DNA from: Escherichia coli | GTDB taxonomy: Bacteria; Pseudomonadota; Gammaproteobacteria; Enterobacterales; Enterobacteriaceae | DNA length: 64,000 bases | Assembly: GCF_029227855.1 (NCBI RefSeq) | Contig: NZ_CP074356.1 | Direction: 5' to 3' (one strand) | Part shown: positions 1-9,178 of the stretch, piece after piece | Layout of the letters: each line of letters begins with the position of its first letter | Position numbering within the stretch: position 1 is the first letter of the stretch | Made by a program: the position numbers and the translations under genes | The notes under the pieces: model-generated | Databases searched by the model: none | Seen by the model: the letters and a program-made list of their open reading frames with translations, nothing else | Told to the model about the DNA's origin: nothing

Positions 1-102
1 GACACTGCGCTGGATCGTCTGATGCAGGGTGCACCGGCACCGCTGGCTGCAGGTAACCCGGCATCTGATGCCGTTAACGATTTGCTGAACACACCAGTGT
101 AA
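1..102 (+). CDS. C-terminal end of head scaffolding/protease gene (lambda C/Nu3-like); 5' end lies outside the window
   Basis: Open frame from window start to TAA at 100-102; lies immediately upstream of D as in the lambda head operon; only 33 codons visible. Confidence 0.55.
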   Translation, partial: DTALDRLMQGAPAPLAAGNPASDAVNDLLNTPV

Positions 103-111
103 GGGATGTTT

Positions 112-444
112 ATGACGAGCAAAGAAACCTTTACCCATTACCAGCCGCTGGGCAACAGTGACCCGGCTCATACCGCAACCGCGCCAGGCGGATTGAGTGC
201 GAAAGCGCCTGCAATGACCCCGCTGATGCTGGACACCTCCACCCGTAAGCTGGTTGCGTGGGATGGCACCACCGACGGTGCTGCTGTCGGCATTCTTGCT
301 GTTGCTGCTGACCAGACCAGCACCACGCTGACGTTCTACAAGTCCGGCACGTTCCGTTATGAGGATGTGCTCTGGCCGGAGGCTGCCAGCGACGAGACGA
401 AAAAACGGACCGCGTTTGCCGGAACGGCAATCAGCATCGTTTAA
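112..444 (+). CDS. D: head decoration protein D (lambda gpD)
   Basis: ORF 106-444; product from ATG 112 begins [11 protein letters not shown] and matches lambda gpD over its length (110 aa). Confidence 0.93.
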   Translation: MTSKETFTHYQPLGNSDPAHTATAPGGLSAKAPAMTPLMLDTSTRKLVAWDGTTDGAAVGILAVAADQTSTTLTFYKSGTFRYEDVLWPEAASDETKKRTAFAGTAISIV

Positions 445-499
445 CCTTACCCTTCATCACTAAAGGCCGCCTGTGCGGCTTTTTTTACGGGATTTTTTT

Positions 500-775
500 A
501 TGTCGATGTACACAACCGCCCAGCTGCTGGCGGCAAATGAGCAGAAATTTAAGTTTGATCCGCTGTTTCTGCGTCTCTTTTTCCGTGAGAGCTATCCCTT
601 CACCACGGAGAAAGTCTATCTCTCACAAATTCCGGGGCTGGTAAACATGGCGCTGTACGTTTCGCCGATTGTTTCCGGTGAGGTTATCCGCTCCCGTGGC
701 GGCTCCACCTCTGAATTTACGCCGGGATATGTCAAGCCGAAGCACTTAGCATGGCTTTCTGAGGCTTTCGTGTAG
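500..775 (+). pseudogene. E: major capsid protein E, 5' fragment (first ~82 codons), interrupted at 735-744 by an inserted element
   Basis: From ATG 500 the product MSMYTTAQLLAANEQKF...GYVKPKH is lambda gpE N-terminus; after the core at 735-744 the frame continues into unrelated sequence and stops at 775. Confidence 0.92.
735..744. repeat. attL core / target-site direct repeat (AGCCGAAGCA)
   Basis: Identical 10-mer recurs at 11864-11873; prophage E sequence resumes exactly after the right copy. Confidence 0.85.
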
Positions 776-872
776 CTGCTGGTTTTTACACTTAATCTTT
801 TGATAATAAAGAATAAGTTTATCTGGCGCTTTCACTGAATTTTCCTCGTTATCTGTGTGTTGCAATCATCTC

Positions 873-892
873 TGTATTGCAGCTTGTATTGC
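873..892 (+). promoter_or_regulatory. tandem TGTATTGC motifs (TGTATTGCAGCTTGTATTGC), putative integrase arm-type binding sites overlapping the int 5' region
   Basis: Near-identical 20-mer (TGTATTGCAGCATGTATTGC) recurs at 11769-11788 just inside the other att core. Confidence 0.5.
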
Positions 893-907
893 TTTTTGGG
901 GCTAAAA

Positions 908-2143
908 ATGGCTGGCGAGAACAAACTGAGCGACAAAGCGCTTAAAGGATATCTGGGGAAACCCAGAGAAAAGCAGATCACCATTGCTGATGGAAAGGGG
1001 CTTTCTATTCGTGTGAGTACTAAAGGGGCTGTGAGCTTTGTTTTCTTCTACAGGTTAGCAGGTGGCCGGGCTGCTCCGGTCTGGCTAACGTTGGGTAAAT
1101 ATCCTGATATGTCACTCAAACAGGCAAGGGAAAAGCGCGACGAGTGCCGTGGTTGGTTGGCTGACAAACGTGATCCGCGTATCCAGATTAAGATTCAGGC
1201 TGAAGAACGCTTAAAGCCGGTCACAGTGGAGGATGCACTAAATTACTGGTATGAAAATTACTGTAAGGTGCGTCGTAAAACTCATGCTGTAACGCTTGGC
1301 AGATTTCGAAAGCATATCTTTCCCTATATCGGTCATTTGCCCGTAAATGACACTCACCTATATGAATAGCTGGACTGTTTTGACCGAATTAAACGTAATG
1401 CACCAGTTATGGCGGCGTATGTTTTTTCTGACACTAAATTAGCTCTTCGTTTTTGTCGGGTACGCCAGTACGCGACGTGTGATGCTTTAAAGGATTTGCG
1501 CATGAGTGATGTGGGGCAGATTGCAGGTAAGCGGGATCGGGTTCTGGATGAGGTCGAACTCGGCCAGCTCTGGAAGGCAATTTTTGTCGAGCCTGATTTA
1601 AAACTAATGTCTGAATACACGCGAAAAATGTTTGTGCTTTGTACAGTATTTGGATGTCGAATGAGTGAAGCCCGATTATCAGAATGGAGCGAATGGGATC
1701 TCGAAAGTTGGGTTTGGACTGTGCCAAAAGATCACTCAAAAACTGGTGTTGAAATCGTCAGACCAGTACCTGAAATTCTACGACAGTGGGTAACGGATGT
1801 TCACGAAGAGACAAAACATACTGGTTATGTGCTGGGAAGTCTGCGAATTAGAGAAAGCGTAAGCAAGATTGGGGGGAAAATCGGTAAACGTTTGGGCCAT
1901 GAAAAACAATGGTCACTACACGACCTTAGAAGAACGCTATCTACTCATCTAAGTGATCTCGGTGTTGAATTTTATGTAGTAGAACAACTGTTAGGCCATG
2001 CGCTACCTGGCGTGGCAGGTGTTTACAACCGGAGTAAGTTTATGGCTAAAAAACTGGATGCTCTGGAACTCTGGACTACATATCTCAATAGCATCGCAGC
2101 TGCTGATTCAAAAGTGACAATCCTCAAACAAAAGGCTGGTTAG
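908..2143 (+). pseudogene. int: P4-type tyrosine integrase interrupted by an in-frame amber codon (TAG at 1367-1369)
   Basis: ORFs 857-1369 and 1409-2143 are in the same frame, separated by one TAG; N-terminal arm-binding region (MAGENKLSDKALKGYLGK...) and C-terminal catalytic region with HDLRRT, LLGHA and VYNRS (Tyr) motifs. Confidence 0.85.
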
Positions 2144-2144
2144 C

Positions 2145-2375
2145 ATGAAAAAAATGGCAATTGTTGATAAAAAGGGTCTGGAGTACATTCCTAACATTGA
2201 CCGAATGATCCGTGAGAAAGAATGTCGGGAGCTAACTACTCTTGCGAACAGCACACGCTGGAAGCTGGAGAAGGAAGGAAAATTTCCTAAGCGGATCAAG
2301 ATTGGTTCCACTGCTGTTGCATATCGTCTTTCAGAAGTGCAGGCATGGATTCGAGGTGAGTGGGAAACAACTTAA
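2145..2375 (+). CDS. alpA: AlpA-family HTH transcriptional regulator / excisionase-like protein
   Basis: 76-aa product with AlpA-type HTH (RIKIGSTAVAYRLSEVQAWI); immediately downstream of int as in P4-like and PICI elements. Confidence 0.8.
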   Translation: MKKMAIVDKKGLEYIPNIDRMIREKECRELTTLANSTRWKLEKEGKFPKRIKIGSTAVAYRLSEVQAWIRGEWETT

Positions 2376-2382
2376 CTATTAG

Positions 2383-3213
2383 GTGGGCATTGTGGCTATA
2401 TTTCATTATACAGATCTTTTTGGTTTGAAAGGTATATTAGACTCTAATTCTTTATGGGCTACAAACATATATTTCTTAAATGATAAAGAGGAGTCTAACC
2501 ATGGATGTGAATGCTTTCGAAATACAATTAAAATAGTTGATGACAATATCATTCCAAAAGATAAGAAAACTATTTTGCTCAAGTCTCTTGACATGTATGA
2601 GAAAGGGAGGTTACAAAAAGAAAAAGGGATTGATAAACATGTTTATAGCATCTCTTTTTGTAAGGAAAACGATAAGTTAAGTCAGTGGAGAGGTTACGGA
2701 AATAAACAGGGTGTTTGCATTGAGTTTGATGCGGATGAACTTGTGAGCTTTTCTCAAAATATTTATTTAAATTGTGTTGCACATGATGTTATATATTCAA
2801 ATAATAACGATATTACTAAGATGAGTAAGGAGTTGGGAGAGTTTTTTTCTTGTAATGGTATTAATATTAAAGAAATGAATGATCATTTTGTAACAATGGT
2901 CTCTACGTATCAATTTATATCTAAATACATCCCATTTTTTAAACATCCTAGTTTTATCGAAGAGAATGAATTTAGATTGGTATTTACTCCGTGGATGCAA
3001 ATGCCAGATGTGCACTTCAGAATAAATAATAATGGGATCATCCCTTATATCATCATTGATAATAAAGATAATAGAAAGTTACCAATTAAAAGCATTACAA
3101 TTGGCCCGACAAACGATTATGATTTCATTGAGGCTGGTATAAAAATGTTCTTGGATTCAAGAGGATTTAGTTCTGTGGAAATTAAATCCTCATCAATTCC
3201 ATTCAGGGGGTAA
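2383..3213 (+). CDS. uncharacterised 276-aa protein, AT-rich accessory gene (candidate defence/abortive-infection cargo)
   Basis: Long ORF with GTG start at 2383 (alternative GTG at 2392 has AGGTGG 5 nt upstream); visibly AT-rich relative to int and primase; no confident family match by eye. Confidence 0.6.
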   Translation: MGIVAIFHYTDLFGLKGILDSNSLWATNIYFLNDKEESNHGCECFRNTIKIVDDNIIPKDKKTILLKSLDMYEKGRLQKEKGIDKHVYSISFCKENDKLSQWRGYGNKQGVCIEFDADELVSFSQNIYLNCVAHDVIYSNNNDITKMSKELGEFFSCNGINIKEMNDHFVTMVSTYQFISKYIPFFKHPSFIEENEFRLVFTPWMQMPDVHFRINNNGIIPYIIIDNKDNRKLPIKSITIGPTNDYDFIEAGIKMFLDSRGFSSVEIKSSSIPFRG

Positions 3214-3344
3214 GGATTAACACTTTTAATCTATGATATTATAAAAATGGTGGATAAAGGCGACCAGAATTGGTCGCCAATGTGAGTATATAGTTAGCCT
3301 TAATCAGAATACGAGGTTATCGCCTGATAGGCAATGTGAACAGT

Positions 3345-3701
3345 TCAATATTTAGGTGGTTCAACAAGAGCGTTTATCATTGCTCTCAAATTATCGCGAA
3401 CACTTATCCAAGTCTGTTCTGCTCGTTCTAACTCATCAGTGTACAACTTTAATGTTTTATCTATGCCATATGTGGCTATTAAATTTATAGCTTCTTGTAA
3501 TTTTTCAGGATTATTCCTTCTTGGGGGAGTGAATATACCACGGATTTTTCCGGTAATTAAAGCTTTACGGTGTCTACATAGAATACCTTTACTTCCTGCT
3601 GGACAATTACAAGTCATGATTAGCGAGCCAGAATCGTTTGATACAGTGACTATGTATACATCCAAACTACTGCTACTTGTTGCGAAGAATTCGTATTTCA
3701 T
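3345..3701 (-). CDS. SWIM-type zinc-finger protein (118 aa)
   Basis: CxC...CxH motif (CNCPAGSKGILCRH); AAGGAG Shine-Dalgarno about 8 nt upstream of the ATG; downstream of the Arc-like gene on the same strand. Confidence 0.6.
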   Translation of the reverse strand: MKYEFFATSSSSLDVYIVTVSNDSGSLIMTCNCPAGSKGILCRHRKALITGKIRGIFTPPRRNNPEKLQEAINLIATYGIDKTLKLYTDELERAEQTWISVRDNLRAMINALVEPPKY

Positions 3702-3728
3702 GTGTTAGCTCCTTGACTTCAATTATTC

Positions 3729-3920
3729 TTATCCTTTTGGTTCAATACCGCGCCGTAGCAGCTCTTTGCGCCCTAATTCTTTAAGCCAGTTGGCTAGGCT
3801 TATGCCGTCGCTCTGCGCTTCTTTGTCGAATTGCTCTTTTAGCTCTGGAGAAATTCGCATTCTGAATTGTGGAGATTGCCCATCACCCTTAGGACTTTTA
3901 TCGCGTTTGATCGTTGACAA
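3729..3920 (-). CDS. Arc/MetJ-type ribbon-helix-helix DNA-binding protein (candidate satellite repressor)
   Basis: C-terminal part ...PQFRMRISPELKEQFDKEAQSDGISLANWLKELGRKEL resembles Arc repressor; start uncertain (TTG at 3920 with AGGTGG upstream, or ATG further in; ORF track gives 3729-4043); divergent from the + strand operon that starts at 4060. Confidence 0.55.
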   Translation of the reverse strand: MSTIKRDKSPKGDGQSPQFRMRISPELKEQFDKEAQSDGISLANWLKELGRKELLRRGIEPKG

Positions 3921-4059
3921 GTGACCACCTATTGAATTAGCCTTTTCATTGTTAGGTGACCACCTTAACACGGGGGCACTTAAAAAAGCAAAGCCCGAAG
4001 GTGCTGGGAACACCAACGGGCTTCTAACCACCAACGATAGCAACAGTATCGAGGTAGCT

Positions 4060-4263
4060 ATGAGAAATCATACCACACACCCGCAAGGGCGGGACCCGCA
4101 CAACCTGAATAAATACATCTGGCGTTTTATCGCCTTGAGTACGGCACAACCGCGCATGATTACCATCGAGGCCATCAGCGAACAGGAAGCCCGCCAGCAA
4201 TCCCCAACTGGCTGCGTGATGGTATTCGCCGCCCGTATTCGTCAGGAGGTGTGCCGTGCTTAA
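4060..4263 (+). CDS. hypothetical small protein (first gene of operon leading to primase)
   Basis: ATG 4060 preceded by GAGG; in frame with ORF 3949-4263. Confidence 0.45.
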   Translation: MRNHTTHPQGRDPHNLNKYIWRFIALSTAQPRMITIEAISEQEARQQSPTGCVMVFAARIRQEVCRA

Positions 4264-4441
4264 AACCTTCCGTGTATTTGCCCGAGCTGTTAACCCACTG
4301 GGCCACACAATTGGTATCACTCAGAACGTGAAGGCTGTTAATGTTCAGACGGCTATTGCTGCGGTGAGAAGCGAATCATCAGAATATGGCTTATCACAAG
4401 TCATTATTTCAGCAGTGTATGAATTAAAAGAGGTGCATTAA
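4256..4441 (+). CDS. hypothetical small protein (61 aa)
   Basis: ORF whose start overlaps the upstream stop (translational coupling). Confidence 0.4.
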   Translation: MLKTFRVFARAVNPLGHTIGITQNVKAVNVQTAIAAVRSESSEYGLSQVIISAVYELKEVH

Positions 4442-4632
4442 TGCAGGAAATCACATTACACGAAGCCGCTGAACGTGCGCACCAGACAGAAATTATTTGC
4501 CGCCTTCTTGAGGTATACCCGAACAAAATTACAGATGCTGATATATCCGCGCTGGCGAGCCTACTGGCGCGCCTTTCGGGAAGTGTCGCTAGTTTCCTGA
4601 TTGAGGAAGAAAGTAAGCTGGTGGGGGATTAA
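4441..4632 (+). CDS. hypothetical small protein (63 aa)
   Basis: ATG overlaps upstream stop (TAATG); co-directional operon. Confidence 0.45.
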   Translation: MQEITLHEAAERAHQTEIICRLLEVYPNKITDADISALASLLARLSGSVASFLIEEESKLVGD

Positions 4633-4854
4633 ATGAATACAGAACGGGAAGTCTTTTTTAAATTGTTAGCATGTGCAGAAAGTTCATTAACTTTAAATAA
4701 TTCAGCAAAAGCAATATTAAATATGTGGCTTGATTGCATAAATGACAATGAAGATGCAAATATTGCTTATGGCCTGTTGTCACTTATTGATGAATCAGCA
4801 GAAAAACTCAATGACGCAATAAATAGTGCCCTGCTATCAAATAAGTCGAGTTAA
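4633..4854 (+). CDS. hypothetical small protein (73 aa), AT-rich
   Basis: ORF directly abutting the upstream stop. Confidence 0.4.
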   Translation: MNTEREVFFKLLACAESSLTLNNSAKAILNMWLDCINDNEDANIAYGLLSLIDESAEKLNDAINSALLSNKSS

Positions 4855-4871
4855 GTCGAGGAATAAATAAT

Positions 4872-5171
4872 ATGGAAATGAAAAATTCTGGCTTTATTGC
4901 CAGCGGCCCCGCTCGGCCTGAATTTATGAACGGCGATATTTACCGCGATAAATACGGCGGCACGGTAACGATTAAAGGCGTGGCAGAACGGCGCATCACT
5001 TACCGCCGTGAGGGGTATAGCTATGACTGCGTGATGCCTGTTTATCAGTTCCGGCGTGATTTTTCCCTGGTATATGCCGCACCCCGCAGTAAGCCCATCA
5101 GCAGGGAAAAAGCGCGGGGAAACATCCAGAAAATGAAAAGCATGATTAACGCATTCAGGGGCAAAAAATGA
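4872..5171 (+). CDS. hypothetical protein (99 aa)
   Basis: ORF whose stop overlaps the primase start. Confidence 0.45.
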   Translation: MEMKNSGFIASGPARPEFMNGDIYRDKYGGTVTIKGVAERRITYRREGYSYDCVMPVYQFRRDFSLVYAAPRSKPISREKARGNIQKMKSMINAFRGKK

Positions 5172-6919
5172 AACTGGCACCGAACTTAAAAAAACAGCCA
5201 CGCGACAGACTGACAGAGGTAATCATCTTTGCAGGTAGTGATGCGTGGAGCCATGCGAAAGAGTGGCGGGAATGGGCGGGTAAACATATTGCCGCCGACG
5301 ATGTGCCGCCTGTCGTGCTGGCTGATGAGCAACTGAAAAATATCACCGATTACCGGATCATTGATGAAGATCGTCAGTGTGTGCGTGTTTACCGCGCAGG
5401 ACATATCACAGAGCACAGCATGACGCAGATTGTTACGTTACTGGCTGTGGCTGGAGTGAAGACCGTACACGAATACGCGGGGATTACTGACACCAGCCCA
5501 GTGGATTTATCCGAGCAGTTGCCGCGACTCAAAGAGGAATGCGAGCGTGGGGAAAGTCTGGTGCTTAATCTTCCGACGAAGCAAAAGGCGCAACTTTCAC
5601 AGATGGCAGACAGTGAACGTGCACAACTACTTGCCGATCGCTTTGATGGTGTGTGTGTTCATGCAGAAAGTGAAATCGTCCACGTATGGCGCGGCGGGGT
5701 ATGGTGTCCGGTCAGCACAATGGAGCTGAGCCGCGAAATGGTGGCGATCTATTCAGAGCACAGGGCCACGTTCAGCAAACGTGTAATCAATAACGCCGTG
5801 GAAGCGTTAAAAGTTATTGCCGACCCCATGGGGGAGCCGTCCGGTGATTTGCTACCGTTCACTAATGGTGTGCTTAACCTGAAAACGGGGGAATTTTCTC
5901 CGCACTCGCCGGAGCACTGGAGCACCACGCACAATGGCATTGAGTACACGCCACCAGTAGCAGGGGAAAACATCCGCGATAATGCGCCAAATTTCCATAA
6001 ATGGCTTGAACATGCTGCAAGAAAAGACCCGCGCAAGATGATGCGTATATGTGCCGCGTTATACATGATTATGGCGAACCGCTACGACTGGCAGATGTTC
6101 ATTGAGGCCACCGGAGACGGGGGAAGCGGTAAGAGTACATTTACCCATATTGCCACCCTGCTTGCTGGCAAACAGAACACCGTAAGCGCGGAGATGACAT
6201 CACTCGATGATGCAGGAGGGCGCGCGCAGGTTGTCGGGAGTCGTCTTATCGTCCTTGCCGATCAGCCGAAATATACGGGGGAAGGCACGGGCATCAAGAA
6301 AATCACGGGAGGCGATCCCGTTGAAATTAACCCGAAATATGAGAAGCGATTCACGACGATAATAAGGGCGGTGGTACTGGCAACCAATAACGACCCGATG
6401 ATCTTTACCGAACGGGCCGGAGGTGTGTCACGCCGTCGGGTGATTTTCCGGTTCGACAACATTGTAAGGGAGGACGAAAAAGACAAGGAATTACCGGAAA
6501 AGATAGCGGCAGAAATCCCCGTAATTATCCGCCGCTTGCTGGCTAATTTTGCTGACCCTGAAAAGGCACGGGCTTTATTACTGGAACAGCGTGACGGTGA
6601 TGAAGCTCTGGCAATAAAGCAGCAAACGGATCCGGTTGTTGAGCTTTGCGCGGCGCTGGAGTTTCTGGAGGAAGCTCGTGGGCTAATGATGGGCGGTGGT
6701 GGTGACACCGTGAAGTACACGACCAGAAACAGCCTTTACCGTGTCTATATGGCCTTCATGGCATACACAGGAAAGGGGAAATGTTTGAGCGTGAATGAGT
6801 TCGGAAAGGCTATGAGGTCAGCGGCGAAAGTTTACGGATATGAATATATTACGCGAAAAGTTAAGGGAGTCACGCAGACCAACGCAACGACTACTGATGA
6901 TTGCGATGCGTTTTTATAA
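5168..6919 (+). CDS. P4-alpha-type replication primase/helicase (phage/plasmid primase, P4 family C-terminal domain)
   Basis: 583-aa product with Walker A GDGGSGKST and surrounding blocks typical of P4-family primase C-terminal domains; followed by iterons. Confidence 0.85.
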   Translation: MKLAPNLKKQPRDRLTEVIIFAGSDAWSHAKEWREWAGKHIAADDVPPVVLADEQLKNITDYRIIDEDRQCVRVYRAGHITEHSMTQIVTLLAVAGVKTVHEYAGITDTSPVDLSEQLPRLKEECERGESLVLNLPTKQKAQLSQMADSERAQLLADRFDGVCVHAESEIVHVWRGGVWCPVSTMELSREMVAIYSEHRATFSKRVINNAVEALKVIADPMGEPSGDLLPFTNGVLNLKTGEFSPHSPEHWSTTHNGIEYTPPVAGENIRDNAPNFHKWLEHAARKDPRKMMRICAALYMIMANRYDWQMFIEATGDGGSGKSTFTHIATLLAGKQNTVSAEMTSLDDAGGRAQVVGSRLIVLADQPKYTGEGTGIKKITGGDPVEINPKYEKRFTTIIRAVVLATNNDPMIFTERAGGVSRRRVIFRFDNIVREDEKDKELPEKIAAEIPVIIRRLLANFADPEKARALLLEQRDGDEALAIKQQTDPVVELCAALEFLEEARGLMMGGGGDTVKYTTRNSLYRVYMAFMAYTGKGKCLSVNEFGKAMRSAAKVYGYEYITRKVKGVTQTNATTTDDCDAFL

Positions 6920-6933
6920 AAAATGGCAATGGT

Positions 6934-7161
6934 TATCTACCTTGTCTACCTGACTGAAAGAAAATACTTTTATTTCAATGTATTAATGCAGGTAGATAAC
7001 TATTTTTCACTGTCTACCTGTTATCTACCTTATCTACCCATTTTTGTAGACAGGTAAGGAGACGGGTAGAGATGAGGTAGACAGCTATTTGGGGCTGTCT
7101 ACCTCCCTGAAACCCGCGCCATTACTGGCCTGATAACTAATCAGGTAGACAAGGTAGACAA
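6934..7161. repeat. replication-origin iterons (about 12 copies of T[GT]TCTACC / GGTAGA[CT]A in both orientations)
   Basis: Dense cluster of the 8-9-bp motif in the non-coding stretch immediately downstream of the primase gene. Confidence 0.75.
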
Positions 7162-7208
7162 GGTGGTGGTGCACAAAAAACTTTTTAAACGAGGGGGTAA
7201 AAATAAAA

Positions 7209-7466
7209 ATGCACACTTCAGGAAAACTGAACAAACATATAAAGCCACATTACCGCGCCCTTGATATGGCTGAACACTGGCTAAGGGTGGCGATTAAGGC
7301 AATAGACCGCAACGCCGGGGAAGGATACGCGAAAGCACATCCCGAACTGATAAGCGCATTCATGACAACGGCGGCTGCAAACTTTGCCACGCTGACCGAA
7401 CGGGAGATTGCTGAAGCGGAGGAAGTGACAACAATCAATATTAAGTCCGGAGAGCAGGCAGCATGA
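7209..7466 (+). CDS. hypothetical protein (85 aa)
   Basis: ORF whose stop overlaps the ssb start (ATGA). Confidence 0.45.
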   Translation: MHTSGKLNKHIKPHYRALDMAEHWLRVAIKAIDRNAGEGYAKAHPELISAFMTTAAANFATLTEREIAEAEEVTTINIKSGEQAA

Positions 7467-7912
7467 CGGCGCAAATATCAGTTTACGGGCGGTTGGTGGA
7501 CGACCCGCAGACAAAACAGACCAGCAAGGGCACCCCCATGACGCTGGCGCGTATGGCGGTATCACTGCCCTGCAGTCAGTCGGATGACGGTCTGGCGACG
7601 TTGTGGTTATCTGTCCTGGCGTTTGGCAGACAAGCCGACGCGCTGGCAAAGCATCACAAAGGCGAACTCCTGAGCGTGGCGGGTAACATGCAGATGAGCC
7701 AGTGGACTGGACAGAACGGCGAAACGCGGCAGGGCTGGCAGGTTATCGCAGACAGCGTAATCAGTGCGCGATCGGTGCGACCGGGCGGCAAAAAAGGCCA
7801 ACAGGGGCAGGCTACTGACGCACTGAACAGAGCAAAACAACAGGCAGATCAGCAAGGAAGCCAGCCACCAGAGGGAGATAATGAGCAATGGGGAGATGAT
7901 ATCCCGTTTTAA
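7463..7912 (+). CDS. ssb: single-stranded DNA-binding protein (SSB)
   Basis: 149-aa product with OB-fold-like N-terminal region and acidic C-terminal tail ending DDIPF. Confidence 0.75.
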   Translation: MTAQISVYGRLVDDPQTKQTSKGTPMTLARMAVSLPCSQSDDGLATLWLSVLAFGRQADALAKHHKGELLSVAGNMQMSQWTGQNGETRQGWQVIADSVISARSVRPGGKKGQQGQATDALNRAKQQADQQGSQPPEGDNEQWGDDIPF

Positions 7913-8128
7913 ATATTGCCAATAAAAAAAGCCGGAAAAAATAAATTTTCCGGCATGCTACATAAATCCCGACCAAAGGGAGTGAAGATATTAACACTAA
8001 TTGTCCGCACTGAAGTTGTCACACCAAAACTTTATACAACATTGCACTCGGTTGCATGTGTTCGCATGACAAATATCGGTGATAGCATATATCCACAATT
8101 ATTTTTAATGAATGCAAAGAGGATGCGT

Positions 8129-9169
8129 ATGGTTGATTTATATTCGCCTACTCAGCTTGTACAGGTAGTTAATGCTGTAGATGTACAAAAACAACTAAAT
8201 GCGTTGTTTACCAGTTTGTTTTTTACTCGCTCGGTAATGTTTGAATCGCGCGATATTATTCTTGATACAATCGACGATCCAAATATCCCAATTGCAGCGT
8301 TTTGTTCTCCTATGGTGGGTAGTAAAGTTTCACGTGACGAAGGGTACGAATCAAAAACAATTCGTCCAGGCTATATGAAGCCGAAAAGCAGCATTGATCC
8401 AAATAAGTTAGCTGTGCGCCCTGCTGGTGTGTCACCTGAGCAATACAATGCTTTTGGGGCGCGTAATATTAAAGTTAAACAGGCGATTGTAAATCAGGCT
8501 AAAGCTATTCGTGCACGTATTGAATGGCTTGCTGTTCAGGCAATCACAACGGGGAAAAATATCATTGAGGGCGATGGTATTGAACGTTATGAGCTGGACT
8601 GGAATATAAAACCACAAAATATCATCACTCAGTCTGGCGGTACTGAGTGGTCAGGTAAGGATAAAGAAACTTTTGATCCAAATGATGATATTGAGAGCTA
8701 CGCAGAATTTAGTGAGGGCGTCACTAATATCATCATTATGGGTGGTAATGTATGGAAGAAATACCGTTCATTCAGAGCGATAAAAGAGGCTTTGGATACC
8801 CGTCGTGGTTCTAATTCCGAACTGGAAACGGCCCTTAAAGACCTTGGTGATTCGGTGAGTTTTAAAGGGTATATGGGCGATGTTGCGATTGTTGTTTACA
8901 GCGGGCGTTATACCGACGAGGACGGAACAGAAAAACATTTCCTTGATCCTGATTTGATGGTGCTTGGCAATACGGCTCTTCAGGGGATTGTCGCCTATGG
9001 CGGTATTCAGGATCCGGAGCTAATCCGAATGGGGCTGACTAAAGCCGAACTTGCACCGAAAAACTATATTGTGCCTGGTGATCCGGCTATTGAATATGTG
9101 CAGACACATTCAGCACCACAGCCAATACCGGCCCGCATCAATCGTTTTGTTACCGTTCGCATTGGCTAA
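8129..9169 (+). CDS. major capsid protein paralogue (lambda gpE-like) encoded by the satellite
   Basis: ORF 7916-9169; from ATG 8129 (GAGG upstream) the product aligns collinearly with the prophage's own E, sharing blocks ITQSGGTEWS, DTRRGS.SELETA.KDLG and GDVAIVVYSG. Confidence 0.85.
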   Translation: MVDLYSPTQLVQVVNAVDVQKQLNALFTSLFFTRSVMFESRDIILDTIDDPNIPIAAFCSPMVGSKVSRDEGYESKTIRPGYMKPKSSIDPNKLAVRPAGVSPEQYNAFGARNIKVKQAIVNQAKAIRARIEWLAVQAITTGKNIIEGDGIERYELDWNIKPQNIITQSGGTEWSGKDKETFDPNDDIESYAEFSEGVTNIIIMGGNVWKKYRSFRAIKEALDTRRGSNSELETALKDLGDSVSFKGYMGDVAIVVYSGRYTDEDGTEKHFLDPDLMVLGNTALQGIVAYGGIQDPELIRMGLTKAELAPKNYIVPGDPAIEYVQTHSAPQPIPARINRFVTVRIG

Positions 9170-9178
9170 GGGGGAGCA

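Noticed and set aside
857-2143. ORF track shows two separate genes (857-1369 and 1409-2143)
   Set aside because: Both are in the same frame separated by a single TAG, and together reconstitute one integrase (arm-binding plus catalytic region); treated as one gene with an amber codon.
2383-3213. Possible DarT-like ADP-ribosyltransferase toxin, suggested by an N-terminal FHYT...GIL motif and an EENEF segment
   Set aside because: Similarity is from memory of short motifs only, and no DarG-like macrodomain antitoxin is adjacent; not claimed.
6934-7161. Clustered short repeats considered as a possible CRISPR array
   Set aside because: Units are only 8-9 bp, occur in both orientations with irregular spacing and no uniform spacers; position after a primase gene fits origin iterons.
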